The translations under genes were made by a program, and so were the position numbers. DNA of 64,000 nucleotides from Octopus bimaculoides (Eukaryota), in assembly GCF_001194135.2 (NCBI RefSeq), contig NC_069009.1, positions 8,729,071 to 8,793,070 of the forward strand, written 5' to 3'. Positions 22,807 to 34,329 of the stretch are shown here, piece by piece. Positions within the stretch are counted from its first letter, which is position 1. Each line of letters starts with the position of its first letter. The notes under the pieces are model-generated. The model did not search any database, was not told the origin of the DNA, and saw only the letters and a program-made list of their open reading frames with translations.

Positions 22807-25015
22807 TAGATCCTGCTTTATAAATCCACTGATAATAAATCCACCCACTTAATATATCCAAAATGTGTTGGGGCAGTTTTTACACATAAAATCTCTCATT
22901 TAATAAATCCAATTGTCACTGCTCCTTCCTAAAGTTTCAACAAGTGGCAGCGAATGAATGAAGCGCTTCTTTTTTTCGCCCTTAAATACTGACAGGTAGG
23001 CTCCAGCAGCCATAGCCAAAAATTGATCAATAAATAGGTAGAGTCTATCACACAAACCTGTCATTCAAGCGAAAAAGTAGGCTCCGAAACAGCTTTTGTC
23101 AAAATTACATGCCCTTCTCATTCATTGGATGATGGTGTTTACCACGTGACAGCTGGTTGGTTGTGGTTGCTGGAGCCTACTGGTCAGTATTTAAGGGCGA
23201 AAGAAACACGTCATTCATCATTCGTGCAGAGAGGCAGACATACACACAAGTTGTTCAAAACATTCAAAATGAAAAGAGAGAGGTAGGATAAATCCATGGC
23301 AGTAAAGATTCAATTGTTAAAACGTTACAAAGCTCAGCGGGAAACAGCACAGAGTTTGGGAATTTCAAGAAGTCTCATCCAGAATTTCCTAAAGAATGAG
23401 GATGACCTTCATTCCAAAGAACATGATGGCTGTTCATCAAAGAGAAAGCGCCAACAAGAGGGAAATAACCAACAAATAGACTGTACTCTCTAAGACTGGT
23501 TTCAATTTATTTGCATGTGAAATGTCCCTGTCAATGGCCCGATCCTAATGCACAAAGTCAACACCATTGCTCAAGCTGCTGGACATGATTTTAAGGTTGG
23601 TTTTGCTGTTGGCAGAAAAGATATAGAATCTCTTTTACGGTTCTAAAAGGTAAGCGTTGTCGTTCACTAGTTGACATTTTTCTCTTTAGAGAACACAAAC
23701 TAAACATTTGATACTTTGCAGGTGATGCAGCTGAAGCTGACATCAACGGAGCCCATCAATTTCATGAGACAACCATGCAGCTTCTGTTGAAATCATATCA
23801 GCCACAGGACATCTACAATGCTGATGCAACTGGGATCCACTTTTGTGTATTACCAGGAAATACATATATCAACGAGAGTTGCAAGAAGATTGTGAGAGGC
23901 TTTAAGATGGCAAAGGACTGTGTGACCTTGATTGTGGCTTGCAAACATGAATGGAGACAAAGAAGACTTGCTCTTAATCAGAAAGGATGGTTGACCAAGA
24001 TGCTTCAAAAATGTCAAAACTTTTCCAATTTAGTATAACTTTTCAACCAACGCTTGGATGACAGAAAAAAAATCTATGGGAGATGGCTCAGATCTTGGGA
24101 TCATCATTTGCAGGAATCTAGAAGACAAATGGTGATCCTACTTGACAATTGCTCTTCTCCTGTAGTCATCGACGATCTCAAGAATATCACTATAAAATTT
24201 CTTCCACCCAACACAATGTCAGTGCTGCAGCCCTGTGACACGGGGATAATCAACACCTTGAAAGCCTATTTCAGACATAAAATGTGTGAGAAGATCATTG
24301 ATGAGATCGAAGACACTGAACGTGACATTTTTGCCCAAGAAGTTGCAAAGTGGATCACCATTTTGGATGCTATGTACATGTTAAGCGTAGCTTGGAAGAA
24401 GGTCTCTAGCCAGACAATCAAATATTGTTGGATCAAAGATGGTTTTGTTTCGGCTGAAGAATCAAATGAAGTCATAGATGTTAATGAAGATTTGATCCTG
24501 CCTTTACCGCCAACTGGATTGACCAAAAAGCATTTCAAGAACTTGTTGTCCGTAGATGATGGAGCTGTTGTTGCTCCAGAGATCATCATTGAAGAAGAAA
24601 AACTAGATGAGATCATTCATGACATTCAGCAATCTGAGAAGAAAACCGAAGGAGATGAAGATTCTGACTTTGATGTTGATGAAGAGTTCCGGAGCCTCAA
24701 ACACCAGCTGAAATGAGACACTCTCTAACTCAATTAGAAAGTGGCCTCGAAAGTTTTGATTTCAGTGACATGAATCTTTTTATAACTTTTAAGGAAAAAA
24801 AATCAATGCAGAGTTGCGATCAATGTGTCCAGCAAAGTAAACCACACTTGACAAATTTTTCATTCAATGATACTGTATATAATGTTTCTATTTGTGTAAT
24901 TGCATACGTATGTATTTTAATAAATACACAAGTTTAATCAATTGGAGAATTTTGTTCCCTCCGTTAATAAATCCCAAATAGGCAGTCCCAAGATGGGTTT
25001 ATAAAGCAGGGTCCA

Positions 25016-25018
<3 letters not shown>
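22804..25018 (+). mobile_element. pogo/Tigger-like DNA transposon, complete ends, degenerate transposase with CENP-B HTH and DDE_1 domains
   Basis: TIRs cagtagatcctgctttataaatcca / tgggtttataaagcagggtccactg set in (TA)n. Motifs YQPQDIYNADATG, ILLDNCSS, FLPPNTMSVLQPCDTGII..LKAYFR. Stops and frameshifts present. Confidence 0.9.
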
Positions 25019-25053
<35 letters not shown>

Positions 25054-25172
25054 TAACTTATATACATGTATACACACACAATCATACATATATGTTATAC
25101 ACACATACACTCACACATATACACATGCAATTACAAATACGACTTGAAAGGAAGATAAGTGAAGAGACATAC

Positions 25173-25302
25173 TGCTTTGATATGTGGTTAATAAAATGGT
25201 TCCACCATAGTTTACAGCGTGCAAGGGTCGGCTGAGTTCAATGTCCACTTCTCGTGTTGAGAGCTTGGCATCATTTAGCTTAGCATTACACCGATAATTG
25301 TT
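25173..25302 (-). CDS. Coding exon (130 nt, phase 0-1), second half of the CUB-like ectodomain; absent from ORF track
   Basis: Acceptor gttgtgatttcag, donor A|GTATGT. Reads NNYRCNAKLNDAKLSTREVDIELSRPLHAVNYGGTILLTTYQS with no stop. Its phases exactly bridge the phase-0 donor at 29088 and the phase-1 acceptor at 15548. Confidence 0.85.
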
Positions 25303-25319
25303 CTGAAATCACAACAATA

Positions 25320-26425
25320 ATAATAATAGTAATAGTTCTTTCTACTAAAGGCACTAGTCAATTACATCGACCCCCACTATTTCACTGATACTTAATTTAT
25401 CAACCCTGGCAGAATTTGAACTCAGAATGTGAAGATGGATGAAATGGCGCTGAGCTAATGAATCTGCCAGCTTGCTGTCTTAATAATGATAAAAAGAATA
25501 GACAATCTGAAGACCGCAATGCAATTTGTAGTGCAGATTGTTTATTTAATGGATCGAGCAATATTTCAACAGATTGTCTATCTTCTTTGGGTTGAAAATG
25601 TAAATAGAGAAAAAACAGAAAAACACAGAAATTCAAAATATAAACGAGGAAATCCTGCATTCCTTTTTAGATAAAATGACATCAGTTTTCACTTTCATAA
25701 CAGGTAACAATAATAATAATAATAAAAATGGTTTTAAATTTTGGTACAAAGCAGCAATTTCAGGGAGGGGTTAAGTTGATTACATTGACCCCAGCGTTCA
25801 ACTGGTTCTTATTTTATCAACCCTGAAAGGATGAAAGGCAAAGTTAACCTCGATGGAATTTGAATGCAGAAGATAAGGATGGATGAAATGCCACTAAGCA
25901 TTTTGTCCAGCACGCTAACAGTTTAGCCAGCTCACAACCTTAAATAATAATAATAATAATAATAATAATGATGATGATGGACTCTTTTGTCAAAGACAAC
26001 ATATGAGTGTTCAACTTTTGCTGAATGACCTGCACAAATGATTTGTTGATAGTGATTAAACGTATGCACCATACATTAGCTCACTCGCTCTATCAAATGG
26101 ACATTGCCTGAACCGGTGCATGGTGTACCATGAATCAAGTGTGAAAGTAGAGCAACACGAAATGAGATGTTTTGCTCAAGAACACAATACACCACACAGG
26201 TAGAACCTAAAAACCACAATCTTGTGGTTGTGAGTGCAACACCCTAACCGCTAAGTCATGCACCCTCATGAATAATAATAATAATAATCCTTTTTACTAT
26301 AGGCACAAGGCCTGAAATTTTGGGGCAGGGGGCTAGTCAATTACACCAACCCCAGTGCTTGGCTGGTATTTATTTCATCGACCCCAAAAGAGTGAAAGGC
26401 AAAGTCAACCTTGGCAGAATTTGAA
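25320..26425 (-). mobile_element. Cluster of SINE family C copies (25320-25490, 25720-25960, 26285-26425) with a family-D SINE at 26020-26270
   Basis: Recurrent (aat)n-cctttctacta...attacatcgacccc...tatcgacccc..aaggatgaaaggcaaagt..gaatttgaactcag. Reverse complement has a tRNA-like head. Confidence 0.75.
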
Positions 26426-26429
26426 CTCA

Positions 26430-26610
26430 GACACAAAGACACACACACATATATATGTTAGGCTTCTTTCAGTTTCCCTCTACCAAATCCACTCACAAGG
26501 CTTTGGTTAGCCTCAGGCTACAGTAAAAGACGCTTGCCCAAGGTGTCACACAGTGGGACTGAACCCAGAACCATGTGGTTGGGAAGCAAGGTCCTTACCA
26601 CATACCTAAG
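26430..26610 (-). mobile_element. SINE family A, 5' half
   Basis: ggcttctttcagtttcc..ccaaatccactcacaaggctttgg..cagtgggactgaacc. Confidence 0.75.
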
Positions 26611-26628
26611 CTTGCACCTTTATACATT

Positions 26629-27555
<927 letters not shown>

Positions 27556-27613
27556 CGTGCAAAAGTCTTTAGCATGGAAAGCGGACGTTAAACGATGATG
27601 ATGATGATGATGA

Positions 27614-28819
27614 TACCAGGCTGAGTAAAATGTAAGCAATGTTTTGAAAGATGAAATTCATCACAATATATTTCAACAATGCAGAAATTTTATTCATCAA
27701 AGTAAGTACCTTTACAATGAACACATTTTTGCCAATGAGTTACAAGTTTGTTTATTCCAGTAACATAAAAATCTGGAGTTCTGCAGCTGACGAACTCTTT
27801 GAATGTAGTTTGAGTCTGATTTTTGAACTCCTTCTCTTGCAGGAATTCAAAGGTACTCGAAAAAGTGGTAGTCGGTAGGAGAAAGTTCTGGAGCATCATT
27901 AATGAAACGTGTGGTCAAGCATTGTCATGAAGTATGATTGACCCCCTTCTGTTGACCAGTCTGGGACGGAGGAGTAGCAGTTTTACGTTCACTTTGGCAA
28001 TTTCATGGCAATATGTTTCTGCAGTAGTGGTTTACCTGGGTTTTAAGAAGTTATAGTTATTAAGCAGTACACCATCAAACAGTCACCATAACCTTCTTTT
28101 TGAAGAGCTTGGGTTTAGGGAAGGTTTTTAGTGCTTCATTTTGGTCCAACCACTGTGGAGAATGTTTTTTTTTTTATTATTGTACAGAATTCACTTTCCA
28201 TCGTAAGTTACAATACAGTCGAGAACTGGATCAGTCTGGTTATGGAAAAGTGATGAGCAAATTTCATATCCATGCGTTTTCTGATTTTCATTCAAATTGT
28301 GTGGTACCCATTTGTCCAGCTTTTTTGATTTTCTGACTGCATGCAAATGGTTGCAGGAAGTTTTCTGGCTAACTTGAAGCTTTTTTCCCAGTTCTTGAGT
28401 GGTTTTACGTCGATCTTTCTCAACGACGGTCTTTAATTGACTGTCATCAATGACAGATGGGCATCCACTATGCTCATGATCTCCACTGTGAAACCATTTA
28501 AACCATTTTCAAGCTGACCACTCACTGGTCATTTCTTCACCAAACATTTCGTTGATATTCAGTTTCAGCTGCTTTACATCCTTTTCTGAAGTTGAATAGC
28601 AAAATTGCTCGAATATTGCACTTTGAGAGTTCCATTTCAGATGAATGCAACAACAGTGAAATAAATATCAAAGTTAATTTATTGATGCATTTAGGCAAGT
28701 CTATGTCTGTATTATCAGACAATTGCAAAAAATGTTGAAAAAAAATTTTAAACTCTTCAAGAATCCAGTATAAATTCTTCATGGTTCAAAACATTGCTTA
28801 CTTTTTACTCAACCTGATA
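27614..28819 (-). mobile_element. Degenerate mariner element
   Basis: TIRs taccaggctgagtaaaatgtaagcaatgttttgaa / ttcaaaacattgcttactttttactcaacctgata. C-terminus DFYVTGINKLVTHWQKCVHCKGTYFDE. Confidence 0.85.
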
Positions 28820-29088
28820 TATTATATATATATATATATATATTTCCATCTACCAAATTCACTCACATGAAATTAGTCAACCTGGGACTGTATACTAGAA
28901 CTGAACTCAAAACCACTTGGATGCAAAGCAAGCTTTTCATCCGCACAGCTCAGCCTGCACATTTAAAATACTTGACCACCACATATTCTGAGGTGGTCAA
29001 GGTGACAACATCATTAAAACTCAAGCAAACTGGCTCAAGATTGACCTAGGGCTAAACAGCGACAATCTCCCTCCATTGTTAAACTCAC

Positions 29089-29306
29089 CAGATTCACTTT
29101 AAAAGATATTCCACAATCACGAATTTCAAATGCCTTGTACTCGATTCTGAGTAGCTCCTTGTCACTCTCTGTCCGGAAGCGCAAAGCACACTTTGTAAGA
29201 AGGCTTTTGGATGCACCAGGTTTTTTAAGATGAATGGTGATAGTCACTCCAGACGGAATGTCTATGTAGCCCGTCAGAGAACACACGCTGTAGTCATCCA
29301 TGAAAT
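29089..29306 (-). CDS. Coding exon (218 nt, phase 1-0), first half of the CUB-like ectodomain
   Basis: Acceptor taatattttcag, donor CTG|GTGAGT. Reads (D)FMDDYSVCSLTGYIDIPSGVTITIHLKKPGASKSLLTKCALRFRTESDKELLRIEYKAFEIRDCGISFKVNL. Alternating beta-strand pattern and Cys spacing resemble CUB domains (CxLxF...LxIxYxxFxIxDC). Confidence 0.85.
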
Positions 29307-29429
29307 CTGAAAATATTAATGAGGAGATTAACAAAGCATTTCATTTGGTAGCAGAGAACAACAACTACAAAACAGTCATCACATAGTATACTGTACAGTA
29401 CATTACTTAGGGATAAACATACAAACATA

Positions 29430-29815
29430 TATCAACTGGCACTCTGTTGGCCATTATAATGAGGGTTCCAGTTGATCTGGGGCCATGTTAGGACACACAA
29501 AAACTGGCATTCCATCAGTTCCAATGACAAGGGATCCAGTTGATCCAACCAACAGAATAGTCTGCTCATAAAATGTGCAAGTGGATGAGCACTCTGCAGA
29601 CACACATACCCTTAATGTAGTTCCCAGTGAGATTCAGCATGACACAGAATGTAATAAGAGTGGCGCTTTGAAATATAAGTACAACTTATTTTTTGACAGG
29701 CTGGTGGACTGGGCCAATGTGAAATAAAGTATCTTGCTCAAGAATACAACATACCACCAGGGATTGAACTCATGACCTTACAATCACAAGCTGAAATCCC
29801 TAACCACTAGGTGCC
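29430..29815 (-). mobile_element. tRNA-derived SINE family D with duplicated 3' end
   Basis: Reverse complement of the 35216 element. The tail tggcactc..gggttccagttgatc occurs twice. Confidence 0.7.
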
Positions 29816-29869
29816 TTCTAAATTCAAACCTACTGCTTCAAATATCCAAATCAAATGTTGTAAAATATC

Positions 29870-30070
29870 TGCTTCAACTTGGTTATGTCAACAGGCTTGA
29901 AGTTTGGGTCCCACATCGATTTGAACTCAGAAGATAAAGTAAGATCAAATATTGCTAAGCATTTTGCCCGGTGTGCTAATGATTCTGCCTTGATCCAAAC
30001 AATTATTGATACACTACAAAGCTCAGGTGAGGCCCAACAAAGGATTATTGTGCTTACTTATAGAACTAGA
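29870..30070 (-). mobile_element. SINE family C fragments
   Basis: tttgaactcagaa..gctaagcattttgcccggtgtgctaatgattctgcc. Confidence 0.6.
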
Positions 30071-30844
30071 TCACATCCAGAAAAGAGTCCTCTGACTGAC
30101 TGCCGTGATGTCCCTCACAGACACACTCATTCTTTCGCCTACAATGACACTGGCACCCATGTTGAGTGTAAAGATTAACTTTCAGTATTAATATTGCTTC
30201 TGCCATTAATAATTAATTTCTAATAAGCCTGCTGGCTATTTGTGCTGTATCGTAGCAGTGAGATTTAATTGTCATGCAGTGATCAGTGCTTCCCACTGAT
30301 GAGTTCCAATAGAATGTGGTATGGGAATTCTAGTGACCATGAGGGACAAATTTTGTCTGCTACAATTTATGTGCTTTTAAGCAGATCTTAAGGATCTTCC
30401 AAGGCTAATAATGCAGCATTCGGTGTTTTGACAAGGCATCTATTTATGTTAAGTTGGATATTAATTGGTATTAATATTGTTTCTGTTACAAATAATTAAT
30501 TTTTAATAAGCCTGCTGGCTATTTGAAACACCAGCATCTGAAAAGTGAGATTTGACTGACATACAGTGACTGACATGTGGGAATACTGGTTCCATCACTA
30601 ATAATTAACTGTCTCCACTCTGTTAATTGTACTGCTACTGTAATATCTTCTGTTCCTTGGAACTGACTCAATTCACGTCGCCTCCACTCAAGCACTAATG
30701 TCTCACTCATCTCTTCTCCTCCCCTTTCAGTGTCCAATCCCATACCAAACTACACTAAATCACTATCCATAGTCCTTCCTTCCAAGAATGCCATCCCTTC
30801 AGTAATCCCTTTCAAGAGGAACTTTATTGGCATCAAAATCTAGA

Positions 30845-31110
30845 CAGCGTTTTGCAACCCTTTTTATGCCTATGGACCCCTTTGATTCCTCTTTTACTCA
30901 GATGGACCCTGATAACCATTCACTGTCTAAATAAATCCTATTATATTTTTATAATTAAATATTATTAGAAATTGTTTGACAATAATTATGAAGATATTTT
31001 GTGTATTGCAGGAATATAACCAATTCATTGCATCTAAACTTTAAAAACAAAATCTTCTATGGACCCCCCCGCCCACCAAGGGTCATATAAATCTTTGTTG
31101 AGAACTGCTG
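30845..31110. mobile_element. hAT (Charlie-like) MITE
   Basis: TIRs cagcgttttgcaac / gttgagaactgctg. Flanks tctaga / gtctatag resemble the NTCTAGAN target. Confidence 0.6.
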
Positions 31111-31129
31111 GTCTATAGTGATTGCAAAT

Positions 31130-31425
31130 GTCAACAACATTAATTGCCACTACCAATAGCAACATCAGCAACACCATCCCTACCAACAAGAACAACATCA
31201 CCACCACCACCACCACTTCTACCACTAACAACTTTTCCTCCTCCTCCGCCGCCGCCACCACCACCACTTCTACCACTAACAACTTTTCCTCCTCCTCCGC
31301 CGCCACCACCACCACCACGAACAACAACAGCAGTATCTCCACCCAAACTTACACTCAGTCTTAGTTGCAGCTGCACCTGGTCGTGCACACATCAAAACAG
31401 CAACAGCAATAATAATAATAAAAAT
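31130..31425. repeat. (ACC)n/(AAC)n/(AAT)n low-complexity tract with a duplicated ~54-bp unit
   Basis: accaccacttctaccactaacaacttttcctcctcctccgccgcc occurs twice. Confidence 0.85.
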
Positions 31426-31719
31426 AATCTTCCTTGTCATCATCATTTCTAGCAGCCAGGGGATGGGCCGAGCATGGCCACCCTGTTTACATCCAAGTAC
31501 AACTCCTGGCCTCTGCTGTCGTTCCTTTTGATGTATTGTAGCTGGGGCAATCATGTCAGCATAGGGGACGTCCAACATCACTCTGGGCTATAGAGATGTG
31601 CTGAGACAGCAGGAAACCCTGTAATGATAAAAGGGAACAGAAGTTACAAGTTAAGAAAAACAAAAGTGACTGGTAGATGCTCCCTAAAAGGAGTTTGTAG
31701 GTATTTATTATGTAGGTCA

Positions 31720-31935
31720 TAACTCTGGCCGTGTGAGTAAGATATTTGCCTCCCAACCACACTGCACCTTGGGCACGTGTCTTCTACTATAGACCCGGGT
31801 CAAGCAAGGCTTGCTGAGTGGATCTGGTAGATAGAAATTGATATATATAAAATTTTCAGGATCTGATAGAATCGTGTATTTAAATAGCAAAAGCACCAAG
31901 ATAGAGTCAAGGGTAGTGCTCCAGTGCACAGACAA
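31720..31935 (+). mobile_element. SINE family A, deleted
   Basis: ggccgtgtgagtaagatatttgcctcccaaccac..caccttgggcacgtgtcttctactata. Confidence 0.65.
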
Positions 31936-32129
31936 TGGTTACTGACATTTACATATTTACATATTTACATATACATATACATATTTACAAAAGTAAACAC
32001 AAATTTGTCATTCCAGTTATTCATACATTCACAAGTATTGACAGAATATGCACAAATAGATATATCTATAGACACACATTTCCAAACACAAATATAGATG
32101 AGACATCATGCATACATTCACAATATAAA

Positions 32130-32930
32130 CCAATCATCTATACTTTCACATTACATCTGATTCCACTTATGCTCTATTTTTTTCCTCCAAGCATCTGTCC
32201 ATCCCATTTTCTAGTGAGAATGTTACTACGTTCTACCCACCAAATTGATATCTGACCAGGTGACTGACTGGTTTCTGACCAAAAGGTAATTTACATCACA
32301 GAATTCCAAAGAACCTTGTTAGCTTGTCATTTATGGGACTCTGTCTATCGTTTTCTTTATTGTGAGGCTGAACATCTTGAGATCAGTCTCCACTACTTCG
32401 TCCCATACCTTCTTCACTCCCCTCTTCCACATGTTCCATCCACATTTAGCAATCGGCACTTCTTTATAAAACTGTTCTTATCTGTATGCTTTACATTGCC
32501 ACAGTCTTCTCCCTTTCACACCACATCTGATTCCCCCTAGGCCTTATTCTTTCCTCAAAGCATCAGTCCATCCCATTTTCTGGCGAGAATGTAGTCAATA
32601 TGGCTTGTGTACCCACAAGAAACCAGCCAGTCACCTGACAGATGATCAGGTAATTGACTGATTTCTTGAAGTTAGACCAGAAGGTAACTTACATCACGGG
32701 ATTTCAAGAGCTTTGTTCACTCTTCATTTGTTGGACTCTAGCCTCTATGTACACCTTGGGATACATTGGGTTCCTGCTCAACATGTCTTTTGATGCCACC
32801 ATTCATCATCAAGGTGAGGGCTTCATAACATCAGTCCTTTTGTTCATCTGCCAGGCCACATTGCAGAACATATGTAAAGATAAATATTGCTGTTGTATTT
32901 TCCCAGACTAGTTTAAGCTAAATTATCATA
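32130..32930 (-). mobile_element. Old RTE-like LINE 3' fragments, partly tandemly duplicated
   Basis: Reverse strand gaaaatgggatggactgatgcttgagg (L-M-L-G-K-type RTE tail region) occurs twice, at ~32150-32290 and ~32520-32700. Confidence 0.5.
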
Positions 32931-32959
32931 TCACACACTCTAACTACCTTGATCACTTT

Positions 32960-33190
32960 AGTTTATCTTTTATTTGTTTCATTCATTAAACTGCAGCCAT
33001 GCCTTGATGAACTTTTTAGTCAAATGAATTGAGCTCAGTACTTATTTTTTAAGTCTCTTTCTACCAAATCCACAGACAAGGCTTTGATCAACCTGAGGAT
33101 ACAGTAGAAGACATATGATGAAGATGCCATGCAGTAGAACTGAACCGGGAACCATGTGAGTGGGAACCTTCTTATCATGCAGCCACATCT
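32960..33190 (-). mobile_element. SINE family A, deleted
   Basis: ctaccaaatccacagacaaggctttg..agtagaactgaaccgggaaccatgtg. Confidence 0.65.
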
Positions 33191-33389
33191 GCACCTATTT
33201 ACCCATTTCTCAGCCTAAAGTATGCACACACCCACTACATCACGACTGCCTACCTAAAAGAATTTCTATCTTTGTTTATGGCCAACAAGGAGTCCAGCTG
33301 AAGCTCCCCTCCATCTTACCTCTTACACACTTCCATTCTAACATTCCAACTATCTCACCAGACCTGCTTTTCATTGTCTCTACATTGAT

Positions 33390-33428
<39 letters not shown>

Positions 33429-33719
33429 TATTGAGTAAAATATCTGACAGGCAGGCTGTCTACTAGTTTTAATATAAATGAGAGAACTTTGTAAATAGTG
33501 AAACAAGTCGGCAGCCATTATGATGCTGTTATCAATAACATATATTTACATTCTAAATGTATTCAGTGGCTTTCTTTCAAAAATTGTAGAATGCTTAATC
33601 ACAGGATAAATATATCTAATATACACTTACACACATATACATACAATGTGTGTGTGTATACATATTTGAAAAAGGAAAAAAATGACTTCACTGGTAGTTT
33701 TAATCAATTTAACTTTTAA

Positions 33720-34250
33720 CAATATTACAGTTTGGTTTGTAAATCTTAAGTTCTTTAACTTTGGTGGAGAGATTTTTTTGGAGAAAGTGCAGCAAGGTTT
33801 GTATGCATAATGCTTGGGACTTCAGAATGGTCTGCACATAACCATCTGTCATTTCTTCTGTTGACTTTTTGATCTTGGTCAAAGTTTTTCTCGTTTGAGC
33901 AAAACCAAATCAAATCTTCTGCTGGAATTTTTAGTTTGTTTAAGAGCCTTTTAGACCTGATGTAGTGATTTTCTTTTGCCTTTTCTGACATAAATTGACC
34001 TTTCTTCATCATACAAGACTTATATCTGATGTCTTCATGGACAACATTTCTGATTGTTCCTTCTGACACATGGAAACCTTTTGCAATTGACCTCATGGAT
34101 TTTCTGGGAATGTAATTGATGGTCTGTTGAACTTGCTGGATACATTCAGTTGTTCTGATGAGTTCAGAGCATTTAGAATGCTTTTTACACTTTGATACTG
34201 GTTACTGTGCCATAAAAGTACACCAATAATGTGATGCAGAATGGTTGGTT
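33720..34250 (-). mobile_element. Tc1/mariner-superfamily (maT/DD37D-like) transposase fragment
   Basis: MRSIAKGFHVSEGTIRNVVHEDIRYKS...WFCSNEKNFDQDQKVNRRNDRW. Confidence 0.75.
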
Positions 34251-34329
34251 GTCTAGTCAACTGCTGTCCCCCTCCACCCCTCGCCAGCCACCTAGTTGAC
34301 TACCTTTTATCCGCAACAGCATATTTAAC

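Noticed and set aside
30295-30335. CTGATGA followed by a gttcc/ggaat stem
   Set aside because: No GAAA after stem II and no stem I, so it is not supportable as a hammerhead.
31034-31581. Poly-Pro, poly-Gly and poly-Thr ORFs
   Set aside because: Products of an (ACC)n/(GCC)n low-complexity tract, open in several frames, with no splice context.
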